Positions 40,745 through 48,811 of a DNA stretch of 64,000 bases are shown in pieces. Location of the stretch: NCBI GenBank assembly GCA_037137755.1, contig JBAXJR010000002.1, positions 64,001 through 128,000 on the forward strand, in the 5' to 3' direction. Each line of letters starts with the position of its first letter. Positions within the stretch are counted from its first letter, which is position 1. The notes below the pieces were generated by a model. The model had not been told where the DNA came from and ran no database searches. It saw only the letters and a list, made by a program, of their open reading frames with translations. The stretch is from Methanomicrobiales archaeon (GTDB taxonomy: Archaea > Halobacteriota > Methanomicrobia > Methanomicrobiales > Methanospirillaceae). The position numbers and the translations under genes were made by a program.

Positions 40745-40962
40745 CTTTCACTTGTCCTTATTCATACTGTTTGTTCCTGCTACATGAGATTTTTTCCACG
40801 CATTCCCATGTAACTCACGCAGCATTTAAACGGTCCTCCCTCAAGTCGCCTCCTGATCGATCTTAACCCGGCAAGATTTGCAGCTTACCGGGTTGGAAGC
40901 AAAAGGCGCACTGGCCAATAATTGCATAACGTGTATAGTGGATTAGGTGCTAACGATCACAG

Positions 40963-41838
40963 ATGAAAACGGACCTGCGTTGTACGCTTCCTTTTCTGTT
41001 CATCCTCATCCTCCTGCTGGTCGCCGGGTGCACAGAGAAGTCGCAGCCATTCGCGTCAATGGACCAGGGCCCAACTGTAACCACTTCCACTGTCATCCCG
41101 ATAACGATACCCGAAACGGGAACGAGAGATGAACTCGTTGCCTTTGTACAGCGGGCCGCCAATTATGCGAAGGCGGAGGGCAAAGGAAAGGCCCTTTCAG
41201 AATTCAACAAAAAGAACGGTTCATTCTTTGATGGCCAGCTGTACATCTACGCCTACGACTTCAACGGCACAACCATCGCCCACCCGGTAAACCCGGAGAA
41301 GATCGGCGTGAACCGGCTCATGGAGAAAGATGCGGCAGGCAGTCTCTTCATCAGGGATCTCATGGATGTGGCCAAAAACGGCAGCGGGTTTGTCGAGTAC
41401 TACTACCTCAACCCCACCCATAACAATGCCATCGAAAAGAAACTCGGGTATGTTATGAAAGTTGATGACTCCTGGTGGCTTGGCTCCGGGATATACGCGG
41501 GTACAGCCGGTTTCGTCACTCAAAGCCCCGGTGCACCTGCAACGCCCGACGAGGTGAAGGCCTTTGTTGGCAAGGCAGCCGAATTCGCACGGCAGAATGG
41601 TAAAAAAGCAGCTCTTGCGGCATTCAATACCCAGTGTGGGCCGTTTGTTGCCGGAAATGTCTATATTTATGCACTCGACTACCGTGGATTCATCCTTGCC
41701 CTGCCGTTCCAGCAGGACCAGGTAGGCCAGGACGTATGCAGCCCCGGATCCCGTCACGTTGACCGGAAGACCCGAACTTTCAAAATTATGAAAGGGCCGT
41801 TGGAGGCCGGTACGAGTCCTTTTTTCCATCGGAATTAA
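40963..41838 (+). CDS. Cache-domain lipoprotein (two single-Cache repeats, the second truncated)
   Basis: Lipobox LVAGC. Repeat 1: LYIYAYDFNGTTIAHP...GSGFVEYYY...KLGYV...WWLGSGIY. Repeat 2: VYIYALDYRGFILALP, breaking off near 41730. Confidence 0.8.
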   Translation: MKTDLRCTLPFLFILILLLVAGCTEKSQPFASMDQGPTVTTSTVIPITIPETGTRDELVAFVQRAANYAKAEGKGKALSEFNKKNGSFFDGQLYIYAYDFNGTTIAHPVNPEKIGVNRLMEKDAAGSLFIRDLMDVAKNGSGFVEYYYLNPTHNNAIEKKLGYVMKVDDSWWLGSGIYAGTAGFVTQSPGAPATPDEVKAFVGKAAEFARQNGKKAALAAFNTQCGPFVAGNVYIYALDYRGFILALPFQQDQVGQDVCSPGSRHVDRKTRTFKIMKGPLEAGTSPFFHRN

Positions 41839-41851
41839 AAGCTTTGATTCA

Positions 41852-42169
41852 TTAGTTCGTAATCCCGCCCGTCCCTCTTTCCCTTCTCCCCAATTTCTCC
41901 AGTAACATGGACCTGTTATAATATGCCTCCTGGAAGGATGGATCTTCTTTTAAGGCTTTTTCAAATTTTGACAATGCTTCGAGATCCCGTCCCATATGGG
42001 TAAGACAGTTCCCCATCTCGTTGAATGCCTTTGCAAAGCGTGGAGCGGCTGTCACTACCTGTTTCAGGCGTTGAAATGCGACTTCGTAGTTCCCCTGCCT
42101 TGATAATTCTACCGCCTGCCGATAGGCAAATTGTACTTCAAGCGGAATTTTTCCCCCATTTACCTTCAT
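41852..42169 (-). CDS. Small TPR-repeat protein
   Basis: AYRQAVELSRQGNYEVAF...PRFAKAFNEMGNCLTHMGRDLEALSKFEKAL..DPSFQEAYYNR. Confidence 0.82.
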   Translation of the reverse strand: MKVNGGKIPLEVQFAYRQAVELSRQGNYEVAFQRLKQVVTAAPRFAKAFNEMGNCLTHMGRDLEALSKFEKALKEDPSFQEAYYNRSMLLEKLGRRERGTGGITN

Positions 42170-42469
42170 CCCCTTACACCCCCTGGCGGACCACGGAGGG
42201 ATATCCCAAAAGTCCGGTGGCAAATCTCCATTCCTGCCCATCTCACTTTAATATTTGCGCAGCGGGTACGCCGTGCATATGCCAGGAGAGATGAAAATAT
42301 CTGAATAGTAATCTCTTCACATTCATATGAATCATGGCGGAATTTGGTCCCGTAATCGCAGTTATTTAGGGGATCCCAGTATCGGCGCAATAACTGCACA
42401 TCAATGCATATCCAATAAAAAGAGGTGACTATTCAGATCTAACCTTGGGATTTCCTTTCAATTCTCACC

Positions 42470-42649
42470 TCACATTGCTTTCCATACCACGAAATAAGCA
42501 AGTAACAAGACAAAAAACACGATGATTATTTCAATAATTGGTGGGACTTCCTGGGCAATATAGTCAGGGACTGCAAAAACTGCGATGAGAATTATGATTA
42601 TAGCACTAAGGATCAGCCCAATCTTTTTAAGAGCGTCGCAGGTTTCCAT
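42470..42649 (-). CDS. 59-aa two-TM membrane protein (below the ORF-track cutoff)
   Basis: METCDALKKIGLILSAIIIILIAVFAVPDYIAQEVPPIIEIIIVFFVLLLAYFVVWKAM*; TATA-like GTATATA upstream. Confidence 0.65.
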   Translation of the reverse strand: METCDALKKIGLILSAIIIILIAVFAVPDYIAQEVPPIIEIIIVFFVLLLAYFVVWKAM

Positions 42650-43110
42650 GCTATAGCATTGAAGACTTAAATGGGATATATACCTTATCCAAAAAGAATG
42701 ATCGGGAATATAACCGCCTTATCAATATCCGGTCAATGATCCGGCAACCGGGGATGGGTATCATTTATACCATTTTCTGGTGAATAAACCCCCTGATCAA
42801 ACGGAAATTTTTACCGAGCCTATTTACCGAGTCTATATCGATGGTTAAATTATATGCTACCATGGATATCAATGACCTGCTGAAAGCAGCGACCATTTTC
42901 ACGCTCTGCTCAGGGTATTATTTCCTTAACAAGGGAGGAATTCAAAATCAGTAGAATTGTGTTGCATAGTCCGCCTCAGGCGAAGGGTATGGCCCCGTAC
43001 AAAGTTACGGAGGCCGGCTCCAGAGAAATGCCAGGCCCGGGGGTGGAGATAAACCCTGATATTTTTCGTCCGCCCGTCTATCTGGTCTGTCATTGTCATA
43101 AAAAACTGGA

Positions 43111-43608
43111 TTATTCCCGGATTGATTCATTTGCCATGTTGAGATAATGGTTACTTCTTTGAAATAATGTGTTTCCCTGTTCCAAATAAGTCAGGGCCGT
43201 TGTATAATCTTCAGACCGGGCAGCAGCAGCACTCTTTGAAAAGTAATCGCCGGCAGTTTGTACATCGAGTAATCCCAGGAGATAATTTGTTTTCCATGCC
43301 TGGTATTTTGGGGATACATTGAGGTCCCTCATCTGGAAGTAATACTGACCTGCCAGGGAACTAAGCCTGGCAGAATCGGCTCCTAATGATGCAATATCCT
43401 TTCCGGACGCATCTTCTGAAACTTTTGATAGTGCCGGCCCTAATGCCTTCCCCGACTCCGCGCCGATGGATAACAATTCTGCATCCTGGTATGGAGGTGG
43501 AACCGCTGAGGGTGTAGTTGCAACACATCCTGCAAATATAGCCGTGACTATGATTATTAGGACCAGAACCGCACCCGGCAAATGAAAAGATGGGCATTTC
43601 ATATACAT
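43111..43608 (-). CDS. Hypothetical helical lipoprotein
   Basis: Hydrophobic signal ending IFAGC; amphipathic helical pattern. Confidence 0.75.
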   Translation of the reverse strand: MYMKCPSFHLPGAVLVLIIIVTAIFAGCVATTPSAVPPPYQDAELLSIGAESGKALGPALSKVSEDASGKDIASLGADSARLSSLAGQYYFQMRDLNVSPKYQAWKTNYLLGLLDVQTAGDYFSKSAAAARSEDYTTALTYLEQGNTLFQRSNHYLNMANESIRE

Positions 43609-43746
43609 TGCATAACAGGGATTAGACGATAAACCCGCCTGTCTGGTACCCATGTACTCCGAAAGACACGGCCACATACCGTTATTACAATATTCTAAAA
43701 GTATACAAACTCAGAAGTCAATTCTGGTGCAGGTGTACCCCCTCAA

Positions 43747-43878
43747 ATGGCTGAATATGCAAGCAACAGGGAAAAATGGTTAATCATTCTCCTGGTGATA
43801 ATTGTGGTGGCAGGTATTGTATTATCAGTTATAATGTATGGACCACACTGGATTAAGGGAATTTCCGCTTTTATTTGA
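43747..43878 (+). CDS. 43-aa single-TM microprotein (below the ORF-track cutoff)
   Basis: AGGTG RBS; MAEYASNREKWLIILLVIIVVAGIVLSVIMYGPHWIKGISAFI*. Confidence 0.55.
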   Translation: MAEYASNREKWLIILLVIIVVAGIVLSVIMYGPHWIKGISAFI

Positions 43879-43982
43879 AATACCTAACCCGGGTAACATA
43901 GTCAAATTACCTTTTTGTAGCGGGGATGGCTGATAACAACCTCATACGGCAACAATGGCCATCTTTACGAAATAGTGCGAGT

Positions 43983-44378
43983 TCACACCTCATACACCGG
44001 CACAGCACGGACATTGTAATCTTTTATGCACTCTCCATCGAGCTCAACCGCAACTGTCGTGGATGCCCCGGGTGCAAGAGTCCCGATATAGATATCCCGT
44101 GAATCCCTGACAGCATTGTCGTTGATATGGACGAGCATGACCCCGAGTCTCACATTTTTCGCAGGTGTTGAGCCCGTATTAAAGACCTGGTATGAAACGG
44201 TGTAATAGCAGCCCCGCGTAATCCCCCAGTCTTCGGACTGCTTAAGAAGGGTCGCCTGAACCTGGGATGTCTGGCCGCCCTGGTCATATGTCCCGACACT
44301 GCCTAGTGAGGAACACCCGGCAACCATGATAGAAGTACTAATGAATAGTAATAGAAGTGCCAACCCGGCGGGTTTCAT
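43983..44378 (-). CDS. Small Ig-like (CARDB-like) lipoprotein
   Basis: Lipobox MVAGC; YQVFNTGSTPAKNV; IGTLAPGASTTV; GGTGA RBS. Confidence 0.75.
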   Translation of the reverse strand: MKPAGLALLLLFISTSIMVAGCSSLGSVGTYDQGGQTSQVQATLLKQSEDWGITRGCYYTVSYQVFNTGSTPAKNVRLGVMLVHINDNAVRDSRDIYIGTLAPGASTTVAVELDGECIKDYNVRAVPVYEV

Positions 44379-44628
44379 CCGTTTTCACCTTACCTGTATG
44401 TTGTATGGTATGTCCCATCAATGTCACTACCTGGATCTCCATTACGGTTCAAGTCATGGGATAAGGAGAATACCTTTGGCCAATACCTCCTCCCGAGAAA
44501 CCTCTGGATCTGGCCTGCCCGTCCCAGGGAGACATTAATGGTGACTGGTATGGCGATCCAGGTGACTGGTGTAGCAGGGATGTGCCCTCCCATACATTTA
44601 ATACTGGCAACGGTATGTATGTTGCTTC

Positions 44629-45066
44629 ATGAAGAGCATTTTTATAGTAATTCTCCTGATCGGCGCGTTTATGCTGTCTGCGGGATGTAACAGTCTCCCA
44701 GGGCAGCCAGTAGCGAAGAACACGTTAACGACGAGTCCGACAGATGCAGTCCCTATGGAAAGCGGGGTCACCGTCAGTGTAGCGGAAAAGGACCCCATTT
44801 ACAAGACACTTGATGTGACATTTGCCGGGGGGAACGGGCAGGTCCAGGTGAAGGACATTGAAGTATTGTTCACGGGTGGAGACGGTACGAGCGGGACAAA
44901 GAAGTTAAACCCGGTAAAGGGTGAGGCCGTGACATTCCAGGGTTCGAATGAGACCGATAAAGTTGTCGTATATGTAACGTATTACAATGGAAACCGGTAC
45001 AAGGTCATCGACAAGCTTGTTGGGACACGGACCCGGGAACCAAGCTTTACACCCAGTGGTGCGTAG
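44629..45066 (+). CDS. Hypothetical beta-rich lipoprotein
   Basis: Lipobox LSAGC; VTFAGGNGQVQVKDIEV; DKVVVYVTYYNGNRYKVID. Confidence 0.78.
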   Translation: MKSIFIVILLIGAFMLSAGCNSLPGQPVAKNTLTTSPTDAVPMESGVTVSVAEKDPIYKTLDVTFAGGNGQVQVKDIEVLFTGGDGTSGTKKLNPVKGEAVTFQGSNETDKVVVYVTYYNGNRYKVIDKLVGTRTREPSFTPSGA

Positions 45067-45271
45067 TTCACCATCCGAAATGATACTTTTTTTTGGGTAA
45101 ATTCTCATCATCCCAACGTTGAAGATAGTCGTTATTTCCTTTGTATTAGTGCCAGTGTCTGATAACGTCGCATCAGGGGACAGAAAATGGACTTACCGGA
45201 TGAACCAGGGCTGCGGTTGTAAATCGTCCTCGCCAGAACCCAAAGGATCACTGGCACAACAAAAAAGGTAG

Positions 45272-45844
45272 TTATTCCAGTTTCTTCATCAGCCACGCCA
45301 TGTTCCGGCCAAGTGTCTTCATCGTTGCAAGCCCTTCCTTGTCCTTTTTCACATCACCGAGATCCAGGCCCATACCGATGTTCCAGTACGAGGAACCAGG
45401 AACTATCATCTGGCTGATAAGGAAGAAATGGTTCAGGGTATCAAATGTATGGATTGCGCCAGACCTACGGGCTGAAACTACCGCAGCGCCCACCTTTCGC
45501 TGGAACATGTGATCATTTGCCCGTGCCACGTATCCCGCACGGTCGATGAGGGCTTTCATCTCAGACGAAACATCCGTAAAATACGTAGGCGATGCGAGGA
45601 TGATCCCGTCCGCCTCAACCATTTTTCCGATGCACTCGTTGACGACATCGTTGTGGATCACGCATTGCTGGTCATGGTTCTTCTCACACTTTCCACAGGC
45701 AAGGCAGCCATGGACCTTTTTGCCCGCGAGCTGTACCAGCTCGGTCTCTATGTCCTCTTTTTTCAGCTCCTTAAACACTGTCCTGACCAGGATGGCTGTG
45801 TTGCCATCTTTTCTGGCACTTCCGTTGAATGCAACAACCTTCAT
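45272..45844 (-). CDS. isf: Iron-sulfur flavoprotein (Isf)
   Basis: MKVVAFNGSARKDGNT, CLACGKC-x7-C, ASPTYFTDVSSEMKALIDR, ARRSGA, GSSYWN. Confidence 0.92.
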   Translation of the reverse strand: MKVVAFNGSARKDGNTAILVRTVFKELKKEDIETELVQLAGKKVHGCLACGKCEKNHDQQCVIHNDVVNECIGKMVEADGIILASPTYFTDVSSEMKALIDRAGYVARANDHMFQRKVGAAVVSARRSGAIHTFDTLNHFFLISQMIVPGSSYWNIGMGLDLGDVKKDKEGLATMKTLGRNMAWLMKKLE

Positions 45845-46053
45845 GAGAATTCTCCGCTTGTTGCTATTACGTTCGGATCTTATAGAATGATCGCCTGGGT
45901 TTTTGTATCCGGTGGTCACGAATGGCCAGCCAGCCAGTCCTGCCAGGGGCCAGTCTCCGGTTTTCATAAAAAGGGAATGATTTGCTCCAGAAATTGCTCG
46001 TGCATTTTGTTCCATGGGGTGCATTGGTGGAAGAAGGCCGTAACCCGGAGTTT

Positions 46054-46081
46054 CGCATGAAGGTATTAATACGGGAATGCG
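46054..46081. promoter_or_regulatory. Dyad-symmetric TATA region upstream of the DUF2193 operon
   Basis: CGCAT-N4-GTATTAATAC-N4-ATGCG, perfect symmetry centred on TATTAATA, 55 nt before ATG 46137. Confidence 0.45.
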
Positions 46082-46136
46082 CCAATGGTTGCCTGAAGGC
46101 ACCCTTTTAATACTGGTGCCGGGAGTTTGCAAAACT

Positions 46137-47636
46137 ATGCAGGAAATAATCAATAAAATGATCGCCGAGGCGATGACTGCCCAGCACGCTGACGTGAACC
46201 AGGTAAAAAAGAAACGTGGGCAGGATTTCGTAATTGACGATACCAGGGCGTATGTGGATGCCGTCAAGGGCATGAAACCTGCCGGTGGCCAGAGTAAGGC
46301 AGTCTTTGCACTGCATACCGATTCGGTCAACGCTCATTACACGATTTTGAAAAGCCTGACGACCACCATTCGTCCTGAGGACGACCCCTTCGTCGAGCAC
46401 TACCAGACACCGGTCATCCTAGAGATGCTGTATGATGCGGACCCGAAGTTCCGGAAGAGCGTGGACATATTTATCAAGGCCGTTGGCAAGGCTGAGGCCC
46501 TGATCGGCAGGGAATCGGCCCGCCGGTATGCAGGGTTCTACGGTCCCACCTGCGTGGTGGACTTTGCCCTGATCCCGGGCAGCAGCAGCAATATCGTCAA
46601 CCAGATACTCAAGACCATTGACCTCCCGGTTGCCCATAAACAGGCGATCCTCGCCTCAAAGTCATGGGGCATGAATACCTCGTATGGGTTCGGGGACGTT
46701 TTCGCCCATGCCGTTGAGGGCGGTGCGACGCTTGCAGACGCCGTGAAGCAGGAAGTTGCCATGATCCAGTCCATCTACGATACGCCCGTCGATGCACAGG
46801 CAAAACTCATGGACAGCGTGGGCCACTCCTCGTTTGACTGCCGGAAATACATGAAGGACTACCGGACGAAGATGCAGGGTGCGGTCAAAGCGTCAATTGA
46901 TGAAGGGGTACACTATGCGAACATCGTTACGGTGCCGGCGTACTGTGTCGGGGACATCGCCCATCACATCTCCCAGTCCACCTACAACATGTGCAAGGAC
47001 GACGTGATCATGGCGGTCATCGAAGCGGTGACTGAAGTGATGGACAAGACCCTGAAAGCGGCAGCACCGAAGATGAAAAATGAGCACGAAGTGCTGTCGG
47101 TCGCCACTGGTGCGTCGGCAAGTGCCGCGGAATATATCCTCGAACTCGACGGATTCAACGCGATCATGGTCGTGGACATGCTGACGAAACGTTACCATAA
47201 TTACGTCCAGCTCTACCCGAAACGGGGTGCAGCCATCGAGCTTCACAACTGCGATTTCATGGACATGATCTACCGCGGCTGGAAGATGGTGGACAAGGCA
47301 CGAAGGATGCAGAGCAGTGAACCGGGCCTCGTCAAACCAAAAGTTGGCGGGTTTGAAGTCGATCTCTCGCCAGTCCTGGAGAACGAGGTGCTCGCCAACC
47401 CGCAGCGGTACGCGTACCCTGCCTGTGCGATGACGGTCCGGTTCTCGGCGATGATGCGGCTTTCCGACTACCCTTGCCTGCTCACGAGCGAGCCGGTAAC
47501 CGCTACGTTAATGACGAATATTATCGCACTTCACAAGGAAGTCGCAGCCGCTCCGGCACGGATCTGCAAGGATTGTGCATCGGCTGCGCTGATGGATTTC
47601 CGGCACTGCTCCTGCCAGTGGAAGGAAGCGGTCTGA
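46137..47636 (+). CDS. DUF2193-family protein (~500 aa, C-terminal Cys cluster)
   Basis: Recognised from RPEDDPFVEHYQTP, GFYGPTCVVDFALIPG, SKSWGMNTSYG, NPQRYAYPAC and C-terminal CKDC-x9-CSCQWKEAV. Confidence 0.8.
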   Translation: MQEIINKMIAEAMTAQHADVNQVKKKRGQDFVIDDTRAYVDAVKGMKPAGGQSKAVFALHTDSVNAHYTILKSLTTTIRPEDDPFVEHYQTPVILEMLYDADPKFRKSVDIFIKAVGKAEALIGRESARRYAGFYGPTCVVDFALIPGSSSNIVNQILKTIDLPVAHKQAILASKSWGMNTSYGFGDVFAHAVEGGATLADAVKQEVAMIQSIYDTPVDAQAKLMDSVGHSSFDCRKYMKDYRTKMQGAVKASIDEGVHYANIVTVPAYCVGDIAHHISQSTYNMCKDDVIMAVIEAVTEVMDKTLKAAAPKMKNEHEVLSVATGASASAAEYILELDGFNAIMVVDMLTKRYHNYVQLYPKRGAAIELHNCDFMDMIYRGWKMVDKARRMQSSEPGLVKPKVGGFEVDLSPVLENEVLANPQRYAYPACAMTVRFSAMMRLSDYPCLLTSEPVTATLMTNIIALHKEVAAAPARICKDCASAALMDFRHCSCQWKEAV

Positions 47637-47665
47637 TCCCGGAACTGGGATGGTGGTGAAAAAGT

Positions 47666-47878
47666 ATGAAATGTTACGTGTGTGCAAAAGAGGGAAAGGA
47701 TAGTGATGCTGTTGCCGTATGTGTTGCCTGCGGTATGGCGACCTGCATGAAGCATACGATCAGGAAGGAAGTCGATGTATGGGAGGGTGGGTACCCGCTT
47801 CCTTCCAGGAAACTGCCAAAGAAGATGCCCCGGATGCTCTGTCCGGACTGCAATGCGGCGTACGGGGAGGGTACGTAA
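47666..47878 (+). CDS. DUF2180-family small Cys-rich (Zn-binding) protein
   Basis: MKCYVC...AVAVCVACGMATCMKH...LCPDC; GGTGA RBS. Confidence 0.8.
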   Translation: MKCYVCAKEGKDSDAVAVCVACGMATCMKHTIRKEVDVWEGGYPLPSRKLPKKMPRMLCPDCNAAYGEGT

Positions 47879-48618
47879 TGGCGTCACTCAGCTCCCGCAG
47901 TATTGCAGAAGGCGTTGGTACAATGCTCCTCGTGTATTTCGGTGCAGGGGCCGCGGCAATCACGCTGATGCTTGCGAATGGGTTAAAACCGGCGACCAGT
48001 TTCAACATCGGGATTGGCATGCTTGGAGGGTTAGCCGACTGGTTTGCAATCGGGATATCATTTGGTATTGTCATTGCTGCAGTAATATACTCACTCGGCC
48101 GTGTTTCCGGGGCGCATATCAACCCGGCTGTGACTATTGCACTCTGGGTAACGAAACGTTTCCCTAGCGTTGACACCGCTGCGTACGTGGTTGCCCAGTG
48201 TATCGGCGCAGCATTCGGAAGCCTGCTGTTTTTCCTGACTATCGGTATGGCTGCAGTTACGATCGGGGGACTTGGGGCAACCACTCCGTTTCCCGGGATC
48301 GGGTATGGGCAGGCGATCCTTGTCGAGGCAATCGCGACGTTTGTGCTGATGCTGGTGATCATGGGTGTTGCGGTGGACAAGCAGGCCCCGCCAGGATTCG
48401 CAGGACTGATCATCGGTCTTACGGTGGCAGGGATGATCACGGCTACGGGGAACATCGCCGGGGCATCACTCAACCCGGCCAGGACATTCGGGCCGTACAT
48501 CATGGACTGGGCCCTGGGTGGTCTGAATCTCTGGTTTTTGTTCCCGATTTACATCATCGGACCGGTGATTGGCGCAGTGCTCGCGGCGGTCTTCTACGAC
48601 CGGATTACGGCAGAGTGA
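47878..48618 (+). CDS. aqpM: MIP-family channel, AqpM-type aquaporin
   Basis: SGAHINPAVT and GASLNPARTFGP (two NPA motifs), six TM helices. TAATG overlap with the DUF2180 gene and GGAGG RBS. Confidence 0.9.
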   Translation: MASLSSRSIAEGVGTMLLVYFGAGAAAITLMLANGLKPATSFNIGIGMLGGLADWFAIGISFGIVIAAVIYSLGRVSGAHINPAVTIALWVTKRFPSVDTAAYVVAQCIGAAFGSLLFFLTIGMAAVTIGGLGATTPFPGIGYGQAILVEAIATFVLMLVIMGVAVDKQAPPGFAGLIIGLTVAGMITATGNIAGASLNPARTFGPYIMDWALGGLNLWFLFPIYIIGPVIGAVLAAVFYDRITAE

Positions 48619-48811
48619 GATTCCGGCTCTGCCTTCATTTTTTATAGAGCTGGCCGGATAAAGGAGCACAGTTTGAGATTACCGTGCCGAAATGGATGTG
48701 GCGCATCCCAGAAGCAGATAGAAGGAGGGAATGATGGTAAAAAGGACCCCGCTCCGGGACATCAACGCGGCCGACAAGAGATCCGAGGCAGGGGGCTTTC
48801 CTCATTACCGT

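Noticed and set aside
42959-43050. GC-rich intergenic stretch considered as a tRNA or ncRNA
   Set aside because: No cloverleaf, T-loop (GTTCRA) or recognisable family motif.
45845-46330. N-terminal extension in the ORF-track call 45272..46330
   Set aside because: It runs antisense over the DUF2193 gene and its promoter. The Isf fold begins at MKVVAFNGS (45844).
47719-47877. N-terminal extension of the aquaporin ORF
   Set aside because: It overlaps the DUF2180 gene in another frame. The GGAGG RBS and TAATG coupling support a start at 47878.
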